NCBI GenBank assembly: GCA_000965745.1
Contig: CP009479.1
Location: 1,856,001-1,920,000, forward strand
Origin: an uncultured archaeon
GTDB taxonomy: Archaea > Thermoplasmatota > Thermoplasmata > Thermoplasmatales > Thermoplasmataceae
DNA length: 64,000 nucleotides
Direction of reading: 5' to 3'
The stretch's first letter is position 1, and the number at the start of each line of letters is the position of its first letter. The translations under genes were made by a program, and so were the position numbers. Below the pieces are notes generated by a model. The model was given only the letters and a program-made list of their open reading frames with translations. It was not told the origin of the DNA and made no database searches. This document shows, piece by piece, positions 28,805 to 38,941 of this stretch.

Positions 28805-29320
28805 CTATTCGTCTTCATCAATAAGGGAAAGGAAGTTTTCTGAAAGTGTCTCTATGAAGCTTTCGCGGTACTTCCTGGCAGCATCGAGTAGCCTTGTTAA
28901 TTCTCTGATCTTAACGAAGCTTGTGCCTTCCTCCTCGAAGATCTCAATAATCCTGTCGCTGGCCAGGTCTTTAAGGACCTGCTTTCTTTTCTCCACCTTG
29001 GATTTCCTTACCCTCATAAGGTTCGAAAGGGGTAGTGTATCAGCCCTGGCCAGTTTCTGAAGAATCTCCCTGCTGTTGTTGCTTCTCAGGTAGAACAGAA
29101 GCTGCCTTTCGGAAAAACTGTCGCTTGAGATGCAGAAATATCTCTTTACTTTGCCGTCCTCACGGGAAACAATCCTCTCATCCTTTTCAAGCTGGTACAG
29201 ATGGTATTCCACCTGGCCTACTGCAAGCCCTGACCTTCTCTGTATTTCCCGGAAGTGTATGCCGGGATTTTCCTCTATCAGGCCGAAGATTGAGTCTCTC
29301 GTGGTAGGATGCTCGTTCAC
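28805..29320 (-). CDS. winged-HTH transcriptional regulator (archaeal double-wHTH type)
   Basis: NPGIHFREIQR..GL..GQVEYHL..LE motif. Confidence 0.82.
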   Translation of the reverse strand: MNEHPTTRDSIFGLIEENPGIHFREIQRRSGLAVGQVEYHLYQLEKDERIVSREDGKVKRYFCISSDSFSERQLLFYLRSNNSREILQKLARADTLPLSNLMRVRKSKVEKRKQVLKDLASDRIIEIFEEEGTSFVKIRELTRLLDAARKYRESFIETLSENFLSLIDEDE

Positions 29321-29596
29321 TTAACCAATACCCCTTACTATGGCAGCGTAGAACAGTATCAGAATCAGCAGTTCAACCCCAAGAAGGATGGTGATTTCAA
29401 ATCCCGTGAAGGGGATAACCGAGAAGACCTGCAATACAAAAACTACGTTGGAGATCAGGATTATTATGAAAACTGCGCCAATATATGAAAGAATCCTAGC
29501 TCTCCTTCTCCTTGTTACTCTCCTGGTAATGCCTAGCAGGAATATGGAAAGCACTATTGAGAGACCGGATATCAGGATGGCGAGTTCATACATCAT
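29321..29596 (-). CDS. small 3-TM membrane protein coupled to the wHTH gene
   Basis: Three hydrophobic helices; stop abuts the wHTH start. Confidence 0.7.
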   Translation of the reverse strand: MMYELAILISGLSIVLSIFLLGITRRVTRRRRARILSYIGAVFIIILISNVVFVLQVFSVIPFTGFEITILLGVELLILILFYAAIVRGIG

Positions 29597-29645
29597 TTAG
29601 CTAAACATTATGATATATGTTAAATTTCCCCAGACGAAATGCGGA

Positions 29646-32600
29646 TTATGGGAAAATGACAGCGTAGCCGAATTCGTTGAGCTCCTTCTTTGCCTGTTCC
29701 CTGTATTTATTGTCACCGAACACTTTCACGACCCTGAGGGTGTACTGGTTCTTTCTGGTCTGGAGGGCGGTGATTATCTCCCCGTTACGTATGTAGAAAT
29801 ACATGTTCAGTGTCCCGAAACGGCTGCGGATATAGTCCTGGAAGTACAGGGTGATAAGGTCCTTGGGGGACATGACCCGGTTTCCTGAACCCTTCTTCGC
29901 CTGTTTGCTGAACTCTTTTTCCACATACACTGTTTTCCGCTCAAGGCTTATGACACTCCTGATCAGCCCCTCCTCAAGCATCCTGTCCCTTGCATCCCTG
30001 AAATCTTCATCCGCCTCAACCCCCGTGACCTTATGGTATCTTTCCTCATCGAAAAACCCGAACGTTGAGATCATTGCTTTCAGTATTAATGCCACAGCCT
30101 CTTCTCTGGAGTATTTCTCCGGAACGAATACGAGCTTCCTGCTGAAATCCTTTGCCACGAGGTTGTTAACATACAGTTTCTTTATTACGTCCTTGGTTCC
30201 GTAAATGCTTTTCTTAAGCCTTGCCAGGATTTCATTCTCAGTGGCCCCGCCGCTTTCAATAACTGCCCTCAGGACTCTCTGGTCCTCCTGGCTCAGCTCG
30301 AGATTCTTTATTGCCCTGTATACAGAGATGATCTCAAGAGGTGCATAGGCCTGTGAGCCGTAGGGCCCGCTGAATGTGAATATCAGCCTTGACTGAAAAT
30401 AATTGCTCAACTGGACGTTCCTTATGCCGAGATAGTTGGCCTCTATATCGGTTCTGACGCCAAGGGGCTCATCCTTGAGCATGTTGTATATGGATTCGCC
30501 ATCCCTTTTCTTCTTTGACATCTTGGAATATGAGTAAGAGAATAGGTCCTCCTCCCCGATGTCCGTGATTTCTGCATCGCCAACGGTAATGAATCCGGCT
30601 TCTTCCCTGAATTTCATGGCGATTGCCTCAGAGGTGAAATCCTCCGACGGTGGCGTAATCACTACGGAGTTCAGCTTCAATCTCTCCCTGATGCCGCTTA
30701 CTGCCTCGAGCAGGTCCTTGCCGGATTGATCAGAGTAGAGTACCAGGTTGTCAATCCATAGAATGGAGTTGTTCTGCTCCATTGTGAATGTTGCATCATC
30801 AGTGCCACGTGAAATAAGGCGTGCGTTGAAATCAACCTCTCTTTCATATACGCGGCCCAGGTATATTGAAATCGGGTCCTGAAGCCTCACTATGATTGAA
30901 TCTGTCCCTTTCTTCTTCTTTGAGGAACCATAGTACAGGTTGTTTCTGAAGTACACAGGTTTCAGGCCTGTTTTTTCAAGCTCTTCTCCCGCATATATCC
31001 AGAATGTCCTTGAAAGCTCCTCTGCAGTAACAGGCCCGTATTTATCCACCAGGAACATTATGGCATCAGTTTTCCCATCCGGCTTGTCTAGTCCGAAAAG
31101 CGGGTTGAACAGTCCATCATTGTCTCTGGAAATGCTTAGCCTGTATTCTAGGTCCTTCAGAAGCTGCCTTACAACTTTTTGCGGGTATCCAGACCGCACT
31201 ACCAGCGATTTTTCATCTCTGAACCCCTCGGATATAAGGTGCATCACCTTCCGGGCTTCTTCGGATGGCTCATCGTATCGGAGCCTGTGCAATGCATCTG
31301 CAAGGTCAAAGGATGCGTATGAAAGCTTATGCTTGATGATCTTTCCATAAACCACTCTGCGCTCCTCAACCAGATTTCTGAGCGACTCATGGGAGAAGTT
31401 CTTGACTCTGACCTTAATGTCCCAGTCGTTTATTGCAAAGCCATACTTATCAAAATAAGATTGAACGTCCTTTACCACTGTAGACAGGTTACGGATTCTT
31501 TCTTTTGACAAGTCTTCCTGTGGGCCCCCTGTAAGTGCTTCCAGATCAGCCTTCAGCATGTATTGCTTTACAAAGACCGGGGTGATGTAGTCATAGACCA
31601 GCGTCTCTGAGGATGTGAGATCTTCAAGCGCACCTTCAATCAGCTCCTGGGAAACGGGAAGCTTGATAAGCAATTCGTCAAGAGTCAGGGGCCCGAATGA
31701 TCCTATGATCTTCGTGAGTATGTTCCTGGCAGCCTCTTTTTCATCTCCGGGAATGTCCGGCATATCGTTGCTGTGATAGACTGTTGTTTCTCCCCTCATC
31801 TTTTTCCTTACAATATATTCTGATTCGAGGTTGACCAGGCAGTCCTTGAGATCATTCTCGGCCATCCCCAATGCATCCCTGATCTCGCCAAAGCTCTTTC
31901 CGGTGCACTGCTCCAGGATTCTGTCATATTTTTCATCGGGGGAAATTTCTCTCTTGAAGAGGGTCATGAAGTCGCCGTAGAAGTCAATGTGTGTCCACTG
32001 TGTTCCTCTCATGTAGATAGACACAAGCCTGTCCTCCCTGATCAGATCATTTGAAAGGTCAAGTGTCCCGGTGATGGCATAAGGGAAAGGTGAATTTGTC
32101 CTGTTCTTGAATGGGTCTATGTATGGAAAATAATGAAGGAAGTCTTCATAAGTATCCCTGTCCTCAATAGTTGGAGCTTTTCTGAAGTAGTAGTTGTCGA
32201 TTTCCTTCGGGTCTGAGAATATGAATTTAACCTTTTCAGAGCCGTAGATCTTGTCAAGGATCTTGCTCTGCAGTTCCTTGAGAATCTTGGATCTATCTTC
32301 CATTAACACCAGGTCGGACACGCCGGCGAATACAATCCCGAAAGAGAACGGGCTCGTTTCCTTGCTGTAATCCCTTATTGTGTAGTTCCCACCCTCTATT
32401 GTGTTTTTGACGTAGTTTCTGGCCCTGGGAACATCCATCATGTCCGTGGTTATCTCATGGTAAGTTTCCTTTATTACAGGAAAATTCTTCATCTTGTCGA
32501 GGGTGCTGAGAACCCTGTCGCTTCTCAGCTGCTGCCTGACAACGGATATATCGTAACCCTTGTATTTTCTCAGTACCATAAGGGACCTGGCCGCACAATG

Positions 32601-34793
32601 CCTGAACCTCTGCTTGAATACCTCAGTGTTTGACAGCGATCTCCTTACAATGTCCTCGAATTCGCCTGATTTTAGAAGCTTCACCTGGTCCTTCAGAGGT
32701 ATCTTGGCGGGGGATGTAAGCATAAACCCGTCGTCTGTGACAGTGACCCGGGTGTTGACCTCATAGGTGTTCGAAATAAGATGTGCATAAGCCCTTGAAA
32801 GAGCGTCATTAACCCTTCTGCCCAGCGGGATGTGATATATTATGTTGTAAAAGCCGTCCTTGTCAATGAAGCCTTCAATGAGAAGATGCCTGTCCGTGGG
32901 TATGTCGAAGTTCTCCTGGGTTCCTATGTAGGAGATCATGCTGTTTGCACCATACTCGTCAAGCCTGTATTCTTCCATTAGCCATTTCTTCACGTCGTCC
33001 CCTTTGTGCATTCGTTCAACGACTTCTTTCCTGAACTCGCCTACGAGAACTCCGAGATCGTAACTCCTCGGAAGCATCTCGCCAGTCCATGAAGGCACGG
33101 TCGGCCTCATTCCGGTTGCATCCTTGACGCTGACACGGTTTCTGTTTATCTTGAGGAACATGTATGTCTTTGCACCTAGAACAAAGATATCGCCTGCTTT
33201 CAACCTCTCAACGAATTTGTCGCTGAGCTGGCCGAGGTGCCTGCCTTTCTCGTTTATTACCTGATAATCGGCTTCTTCAGGTATTGTGCCGATATTCATG
33301 AAGTATATCATGCGGGTACTTCTCTTCTTTCCGAATGTGCCCTCATCCTCGTCAAGCCAGATCTTTGAGTATATTGTGCTGTCCTCGATCTTCCCCCCGA
33401 GGTACCTTAGTGTCTCCATGTAGTCTTCCCTGTCAAGGGTGTGAAATGTGTAGGAATTTCTCACAACCTGGAATGCTTCTTCGATGTTCCAGACTTTTTC
33501 TATGGACATTCCTACTAGGACCTGGGAAAGTACGTCCAGGGAATTGGTTGGGACAACCACCTTGTCGATGTTCTGGTCGTATGCCGCCTTGGTCAGTACC
33601 GCACATTCCATCAGATCGTCAACGTTGAAGACGAGAAAGCGCCCCTTGGAAAGTTCGTCAATGCCATGGCCCGATCTCCCTATTCTTTGCAGGCCTTTGG
33701 AAACGGACTTCGGGCTGTTGATCTGGACAACAAGGTCAATATATCCTATGTCGATGCCCAGTTCAAGTGATGTTGACGTTATGACACACTGGAGTTCCCC
33801 TGCTTTGAGCTTGTTTTCCACTTCGAATCGTGTATCTCTGCCAAGAGACGAATGGTGGGCTTCAATGCTTTCGACCCCACGGGCTTTCAGCCGCATTGCC
33901 ACGTGCTCTGCGCCACTTCTTGTGTTTGTAAAGACAAGAGTGGTTGAATGTTCCTGGATCATTGAAGCCAGCATGTCATACATCTTGTCATTTGCTACTT
34001 CATACTGCGTCTTGGTGAGATCCTGCACAGGGGTGATCGTCTTCAGGTCAAGAAATTTCTTCGTGTCAACGCTGATGATCTCACAGCCTCTCGGTTCGTC
34101 TCCCTCAAATCCCGTGAGGTATGAGGCTATCAGATCAAGAGGAGCCTGAGTTGCTGAAAGGCCTATCCTTACAAACGGTGTTGAAATGCCTGTCAGCCTC
34201 TCCAGATTAACTGAGAGAAGAGCTCCTCTCTTGGTGGCGGATATCTCGTGAATCTCATCCAGGATTACGTATTTCACGTCATAGAATTTTTCCCTGAATT
34301 TAGGGGCGGAAAGCGCAAGGGAAAGAGATTCAGGTGTAGTTATCAGTATATGGGGGGGTTTTCTAAGCATCTTCTGCCTTTCACTCTGAGGAGTATCTCC
34401 AGACCTGACTCCCACCCTTATCTTTGGGTATTTATCGCCCATTTCCTCCACGAGGTTGTAAATCTCCCCCAGTGGCTTTTTCAGATTCTTGTCTATATCG
34501 TTTGCGAGCGCTTTTAGCGGGCTTATGTAAACACAATATATCTTGTCTTCAAGCTTATCCTTTGCAGACATCTTGAAAAGTTCATTGATGATGGTGAGAA
34601 ATCCAGTCATGGTCTTGCCTGTACCTGTAGGGCTCGATACAAGCACATTCTTCATTTTATGTATGAGCGGTATAGCTTTCTTCTGTGGTTCTGTAAGGGA
34701 TGAATACCTGGAGTTGAACCATTTTGCTATTACCGGATCGAGGAATGGTAGTTCGTTCTCGACTTTAAAGGATATCTCTTCAGCGTTTTGCAT
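29646..34793 (-). CDS. lhr: Lhr-family ATP-dependent helicase with long C-terminal extension
   Basis: SPTGTGKT, YISPLKALANDI, TTPESL, DEIH, SAT, HHSSL, QRIGRSGH, P.W.GE; 1715 aa. Confidence 0.92.
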   Translation of the reverse strand: MQNAEEISFKVENELPFLDPVIAKWFNSRYSSLTEPQKKAIPLIHKMKNVLVSSPTGTGKTMTGFLTIINELFKMSAKDKLEDKIYCVYISPLKALANDIDKNLKKPLGEIYNLVEEMGDKYPKIRVGVRSGDTPQSERQKMLRKPPHILITTPESLSLALSAPKFREKFYDVKYVILDEIHEISATKRGALLSVNLERLTGISTPFVRIGLSATQAPLDLIASYLTGFEGDEPRGCEIISVDTKKFLDLKTITPVQDLTKTQYEVANDKMYDMLASMIQEHSTTLVFTNTRSGAEHVAMRLKARGVESIEAHHSSLGRDTRFEVENKLKAGELQCVITSTSLELGIDIGYIDLVVQINSPKSVSKGLQRIGRSGHGIDELSKGRFLVFNVDDLMECAVLTKAAYDQNIDKVVVPTNSLDVLSQVLVGMSIEKVWNIEEAFQVVRNSYTFHTLDREDYMETLRYLGGKIEDSTIYSKIWLDEDEGTFGKKRSTRMIYFMNIGTIPEEADYQVINEKGRHLGQLSDKFVERLKAGDIFVLGAKTYMFLKINRNRVSVKDATGMRPTVPSWTGEMLPRSYDLGVLVGEFRKEVVERMHKGDDVKKWLMEEYRLDEYGANSMISYIGTQENFDIPTDRHLLIEGFIDKDGFYNIIYHIPLGRRVNDALSRAYAHLISNTYEVNTRVTVTDDGFMLTSPAKIPLKDQVKLLKSGEFEDIVRRSLSNTEVFKQRFRHCAARSLMVLRKYKGYDISVVRQQLRSDRVLSTLDKMKNFPVIKETYHEITTDMMDVPRARNYVKNTIEGGNYTIRDYSKETSPFSFGIVFAGVSDLVLMEDRSKILKELQSKILDKIYGSEKVKFIFSDPKEIDNYYFRKAPTIEDRDTYEDFLHYFPYIDPFKNRTNSPFPYAITGTLDLSNDLIREDRLVSIYMRGTQWTHIDFYGDFMTLFKREISPDEKYDRILEQCTGKSFGEIRDALGMAENDLKDCLVNLESEYIVRKKMRGETTVYHSNDMPDIPGDEKEAARNILTKIIGSFGPLTLDELLIKLPVSQELIEGALEDLTSSETLVYDYITPVFVKQYMLKADLEALTGGPQEDLSKERIRNLSTVVKDVQSYFDKYGFAINDWDIKVRVKNFSHESLRNLVEERRVVYGKIIKHKLSYASFDLADALHRLRYDEPSEEARKVMHLISEGFRDEKSLVVRSGYPQKVVRQLLKDLEYRLSISRDNDGLFNPLFGLDKPDGKTDAIMFLVDKYGPVTAEELSRTFWIYAGEELEKTGLKPVYFRNNLYYGSSKKKKGTDSIIVRLQDPISIYLGRVYEREVDFNARLISRGTDDATFTMEQNNSILWIDNLVLYSDQSGKDLLEAVSGIRERLKLNSVVITPPSEDFTSEAIAMKFREEAGFITVGDAEITDIGEEDLFSYSYSKMSKKKRDGESIYNMLKDEPLGVRTDIEANYLGIRNVQLSNYFQSRLIFTFSGPYGSQAYAPLEIISVYRAIKNLELSQEDQRVLRAVIESGGATENEILARLKKSIYGTKDVIKKLYVNNLVAKDFSRKLVFVPEKYSREEAVALILKAMISTFGFFDEERYHKVTGVEADEDFRDARDRMLEEGLIRSVISLERKTVYVEKEFSKQAKKGSGNRVMSPKDLITLYFQDYIRSRFGTLNMYFYIRNGEIITALQTRKNQYTLRVVKVFGDNKYREQAKKELNEFGYAVIFP

Positions 34794-34865
34794 TTAGATA
34801 ATCTTGAGCATAGCTCTTGAACATATTTAACTATTTTGAGGAATTGCAGGCGCAATATTTACAGT

Positions 34866-35990
34866 TTAAGGTGAAGGCTGTCTCCATTCCATTGTTCTGC
34901 CGTAGCTGTACCTTCCAAGGTTGCGGAGCACCCTGTCATAGCTTCTGTTGCCTGAATCTTTCAGTACCTCCCTGTAGAAGGATGTCACTAGGTCATAATC
35001 CCCCACGTTGACCGGTTTAGGTATGCCGTCCTTTCCCCCCAATGCAAAGGAATATTTTATCGGGTCCTCGTAAGACGGCGATTCGCCATAGATAAGCTCT
35101 GCCATGTACGAAACAGCTCTCATAGCAGATTTCCCGACGCCGTGGAAGTGCATCAGATCCTCGAAGCCGTCGGGTTGATACTCGTATATTGACCTGAGAA
35201 GTTTCCAGTTTACCCTTACATTCATGTCGAGGCTTTTTTCGGCGCCTGAGAAATTCTCCAGAGTCCTTTGTGGCCCTCTAGCTATCCTCCCCCTGTAGCT
35301 TCCGGGATTTTCCCTTACAAGTTCTACCATAAGACCCCTGTTGTTAATGCTGTCCTTCGTTGAAAGGTTCAAGGGCTTTTCAACCCGTTTCTCAGCCGAT
35401 ATCCCATTCCTCCCATCATTGAGCAAGTCCAGGCCAGAACCATTTATCCAGTGGTATCTTCTGGCCATGCGTATTTCCTGGTTCATGCCCTGCTGTACTA
35501 TAACCCAGTTCCCCTTTCTGTCAATTATGATGAAGTGCATGTAGAGATCGAAAGTGTCCTGCAGGAGATCCTGATCCACTTTCGCTATCCTCCTGCTCGT
35601 TTTCTTTATGCGTTCTGCTTCTGAATCCCGAAGAATGCCGTCTCCAACAACCCTGTTGAGCTCATTGGAAATTTCAGACATGCGTTTTCCCTTTCCGCCG
35701 AGTATCATTACGTCCCGGCTGTGGTCGGAATAGTATTCCTTCAGTGCACTGAGAGTTGCAGTAGTTGTTCCACTGGAATTCCAGTCAAAACCAGTTGCCA
35801 GTGAGAGGGAGTGGAACCAGAAAGGGTCCGCCAGATTATCGAGGTATTTTCTCACCCCGAACTTTTGTATTATCAGGTCACTGATGATTCCCCCCAATTC
35901 CACCATTCTCTTGAATAGGTACTCAGGTGGCTTCCCGTAATGAAGTGGCAAATTGGCGGTTCCTTTTCTGTCCATATCCACCTTGGCCAT
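34866..35990 (-). CDS. DUF763 family protein
   Basis: A.LPLHYG..P, DPFWF, GFDWNSSGTT, QQGMN, ARRYHW, FALGGKDG.P.PV. Confidence 0.9.
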   Translation of the reverse strand: MAKVDMDRKGTANLPLHYGKPPEYLFKRMVELGGIISDLIIQKFGVRKYLDNLADPFWFHSLSLATGFDWNSSGTTTATLSALKEYYSDHSRDVMILGGKGKRMSEISNELNRVVGDGILRDSEAERIKKTSRRIAKVDQDLLQDTFDLYMHFIIIDRKGNWVIVQQGMNQEIRMARRYHWINGSGLDLLNDGRNGISAEKRVEKPLNLSTKDSINNRGLMVELVRENPGSYRGRIARGPQRTLENFSGAEKSLDMNVRVNWKLLRSIYEYQPDGFEDLMHFHGVGKSAMRAVSYMAELIYGESPSYEDPIKYSFALGGKDGIPKPVNVGDYDLVTSFYREVLKDSGNRSYDRVLRNLGRYSYGRTMEWRQPSP

Positions 35991-36158
35991 TCCTGTATCA
36001 TTATAGTATTTTCTGGAAACAGCTATGCAATGTTCGGACCCGGAGAATAAGCGTCGGATCGTGGTGCATTTCAGGTGTTACGGAATCAGAATCTTGCACA
36101 ATACATATATTAGTACCTTTCAATACTTGTCTAGTAGAAATCCGCATAGAAGGTCGAA

Positions 36159-37457
36159 ATGATGAAAGGATCAGCAAAAGTGGGAACCGCAAACTTTAAT
36201 GAGAAAGATATCCGATCAGTATTGAAGCGTTATCTGGAGGTAAGAGAATACACTGAAAGCCTCTGCAAGGGATTGAAGACCGAGGACTACGTGGTCCAGT
36301 CCAGCTTCGAGGTAAGCCCCATAAAATGGCATCTTGCCCATACAACCTGGTTCTTTGAGACTTTTATTCTCAAACCGTATAAAACTAGATTCCATCCTTT
36401 TAATGATGCATTTGACTACCTGTTCAATTCCTATTATGAAACAGTCGGTCAATATTTCCCCAAGGGGATGAGAGGGACCCTCTCAAGACCAACTGTTGAT
36501 GAAGTCTTCTCCTACAGGAAATTCGTGGACGAAAACGTAATCTCAATTGCTGATCAGGAAAACCTGCCTGATGAGATCACGCAGCGGTTGATCATTGGAA
36601 TAAACCATGAGCAGCAGCACGAAGAGCTGATGCTGATGGATCTGAAGTACAACTTTTACAGAAACCCCCTAAAGCCGGAATATGCCCCGTATAAACCCTA
36701 CGAAGGGCCAAAGCCACCAGAACTTACATGGCTTGAATTTGAGGGAGGGATAGTTGAGATCGGCCATGATTCCGATGAATTCGCCTTCGACAACGAATCC
36801 CCAAGGCACAAGGCATACCTTGAACCCTACAGAATAGCTTCAAGGCTTGTGACAAACGGTGAGTACCTTGAGTTCATGGAGGCCGGCGGATATTCCGACC
36901 CCAAGCTGTGGCTTTCTGAGGGGTGGCACAAGATAAACAGCGATAAATGGAGAGCCCCTTTGTACTGGGATGAAAAGAAGGACGGTTGGTATGTTTTCAC
37001 GCTTTCTGGTGAGCGGAAGATGGACCCGGAGGAGCCGGTCAGCCATGTCAGCTTCTACGAAGCCTTGGCGTATGCTAACTGGAAAGGAAAGCGGCTTCCC
37101 ACTGAAGAGGAGTGGGAGCATGCCATGCGTGATGTTGATCAATCTCCTGGCGATAACTTTGCAGAAACGTGCTATTTAAGGCCAGTTCCACCATCGGTTT
37201 CAGGAAAGAAGATCCTCCAGGGTTTCGGAGACCTTTGGGAATGGACTTATAGTTCATACATGCCATATCCGGGAACAAGGGCACTGCCTGGTTCGCTTGG
37301 GGAGTACAATATTAAATTCATGGCTAACCAGATGGTGCTTAGGGGAGGGGCATGTGTTACCCCTCAATCCCACATAAGAAGAACATACAGGAATTTCTTC
37401 CACCTCGGTGAAAGATGGCCGTTTACTGGTATAAGACTTGCAGAGGATCTTTCATGA
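36159..37457 (+). CDS. egtB: ergothioneine biosynthesis sulfoxide synthase
   Basis: DinB-like WHLAHTTWFFETF, FNSYY, Fe ligands HEQQH, FGE-sulfatase domain (FDNE.PRH, RLPTE.EWE, EYN.KFM, LRGG, YRNFF). Confidence 0.93.
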   Translation: MMKGSAKVGTANFNEKDIRSVLKRYLEVREYTESLCKGLKTEDYVVQSSFEVSPIKWHLAHTTWFFETFILKPYKTRFHPFNDAFDYLFNSYYETVGQYFPKGMRGTLSRPTVDEVFSYRKFVDENVISIADQENLPDEITQRLIIGINHEQQHEELMLMDLKYNFYRNPLKPEYAPYKPYEGPKPPELTWLEFEGGIVEIGHDSDEFAFDNESPRHKAYLEPYRIASRLVTNGEYLEFMEAGGYSDPKLWLSEGWHKINSDKWRAPLYWDEKKDGWYVFTLSGERKMDPEEPVSHVSFYEALAYANWKGKRLPTEEEWEHAMRDVDQSPGDNFAETCYLRPVPPSVSGKKILQGFGDLWEWTYSSYMPYPGTRALPGSLGEYNIKFMANQMVLRGGACVTPQSHIRRTYRNFFHLGERWPFTGIRLAEDLS

Positions 37458-38413
37458 CTGCCGAAAACGTTGAATTCATTGACATGAAGCCTGAATTGGC
37501 CAGTTTCAGGGATGAAGTCCTCCAAGGCCTTTCCAAAAACCCTAAGAGAATTCCTCCCAAATTTTTTTACGATGACCGCGGGTCAGAGCTTTTTGTGAAG
37601 ATTACACGTACCCCGGAGTATTATGTTACCAGGACAGAGGAGGAAATTCTTGGAAAGTTTGGTGAGGAAATATCGGAAACCATTGGCAAGGGCACTTTCG
37701 TGATTGAGTATGGCAGCGGGAACAGCGAGAAGACCAGCATGCTGATTTCTTCACTGGATTCGCCTTTCGCATATGTCCTTATTGATATTTCGTCCGATGC
37801 GGTCAGAAATTCAGCAGACTTACTGTCTTCAAGATTCCCGGACCTGAAAATAATCTCTATCTGTGCTGACTATCTGAGAATGCATGAAATACCAGAGCAG
37901 GACCCCAACAGGAAAAAGGTGATAGTTTTTCTAGGCTCCACAATTGGAAACTTCGAGCCGGACGATGCCAAAGGGTTCCTGGAGCTGGTTCAGAGTGAGC
38001 TTAATGACGGAGATGGCATGCTTGTAGGCGTGGACCTTCGGAAGGATGTTAAAACGCTTAACGCGGCATACAATGATTCTGAAGGATATACCGCCAGGTT
38101 CAACCTGAACCTTCTGCGAAGGATTGGTAAAGAGCTGGAAACTGACATCAATCCTGAGAAATTTGCCCATAAAGCATATTACAACAGGGAACTAGGGCGG
38201 ATAGAAATGCACCTTGTAAGCCTGGAAAATCAGGAAGTCATGATAGAGGGCATGAAATTCCGCTTCGACAGGGGAGAAACAATCCATACAGAAAGTTCCT
38301 ACAAATATACTGTCGAGGACTTTTCAAGACTTGCCGAAAAGTCCGGGCTGAAAGTGAAAAAGAACTGGCAGGATTCCAGGGGATACTTCAGCCTTCTCTA
38401 CCTTACTAAGTGA
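37454..38413 (+). CDS. egtD: L-histidine N-alpha-trimethyltransferase
   Basis: PPKFFYD.RGSELF, PEYY.TRTE, EYGSG, FLGSTIGN, AYND..G.TA.FN.N, RIEMHL, IHTE.SYKY; ATGA overlap with egtB. Confidence 0.93.
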   Translation: MTAENVEFIDMKPELASFRDEVLQGLSKNPKRIPPKFFYDDRGSELFVKITRTPEYYVTRTEEEILGKFGEEISETIGKGTFVIEYGSGNSEKTSMLISSLDSPFAYVLIDISSDAVRNSADLLSSRFPDLKIISICADYLRMHEIPEQDPNRKKVIVFLGSTIGNFEPDDAKGFLELVQSELNDGDGMLVGVDLRKDVKTLNAAYNDSEGYTARFNLNLLRRIGKELETDINPEKFAHKAYYNRELGRIEMHLVSLENQEVMIEGMKFRFDRGETIHTESSYKYTVEDFSRLAEKSGLKVKKNWQDSRGYFSLLYLTK

Positions 38414-38435
38414 TTTATTATCTAAAAAAGGTAGT

Positions 38436-38636
38436 TCAGGATTTCTCTTCCTTGGGTTTCTGTTCTTCCTCTTTTTCTACCTTCTTTCCTTTCTTAATCT
38501 CTGTGTAGCCACAATTTCCGCATGAGTACCTGTTTTCGTGCTCTGCGAGGAAAACGCCAGGGCCGCACCTTGGGCAGAATCTCCTCTGCCTCACTATCTT
38601 CTCTCCTTCAACCGCGTAAAGTTCCCTCTTCATCAT
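38436..38636 (-). CDS. rps27ae: 30S ribosomal protein S27ae
   Basis: [22 protein letters not shown]. Confidence 0.93.
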   Translation of the reverse strand: MMKRELYAVEGEKIVRQRRFCPRCGPGVFLAEHENRYSCGNCGYTEIKKGKKVEKEEEQKPKEEKS

Positions 38637-38941
38637 TCTGCCTCAGCCTCCTCCTTTATCTTGAGCCCGTTCCTGTAAAGCTCATAGTCTGGTTCGTAGA
38701 GCATTGCACTTTCCTTGTCGGAATAAACCTTCGAATATCCATTCATCTCGTGTTTTCCGGACTGCTGCACGTTGTTATCTACAATTATCAGCTCCTTGTT
38801 TACCCCAAGGTTTTTGGCGAGAAGGTCCCTTATCTGTTCCCTCTTTGGTGTCGACTCATTTCCAAACAGGACTTTATACCTGATTTCCTTTCTCTTCAGC
38901 AGTTTGTTGTCCCTGGTTTCCTCAATCTTCAATTCGCTCAT
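38633..38941 (-). CDS. rps24e: 30S ribosomal protein S24e
   Basis: N.LL.RKE, TPKR, GYSKVY, EP.Y.L.RN. Confidence 0.92.
   Translation of the reverse strand: MSELKIEETRDNKLLKRKEIRYKVLFGNESTPKREQIRDLLAKNLGVNKELIIVDNNVQQSGKHEMNGYSKVYSDKESAMLYEPDYELYRNGLKIKEEAEAE

Noticed and set aside
36159-37457. Selenoneine synthase SenA or ovothiol synthase OvoA
   Set aside because: No senB/selD neighbours and no fused C-terminal methyltransferase; coupling to egtD supports EgtB.
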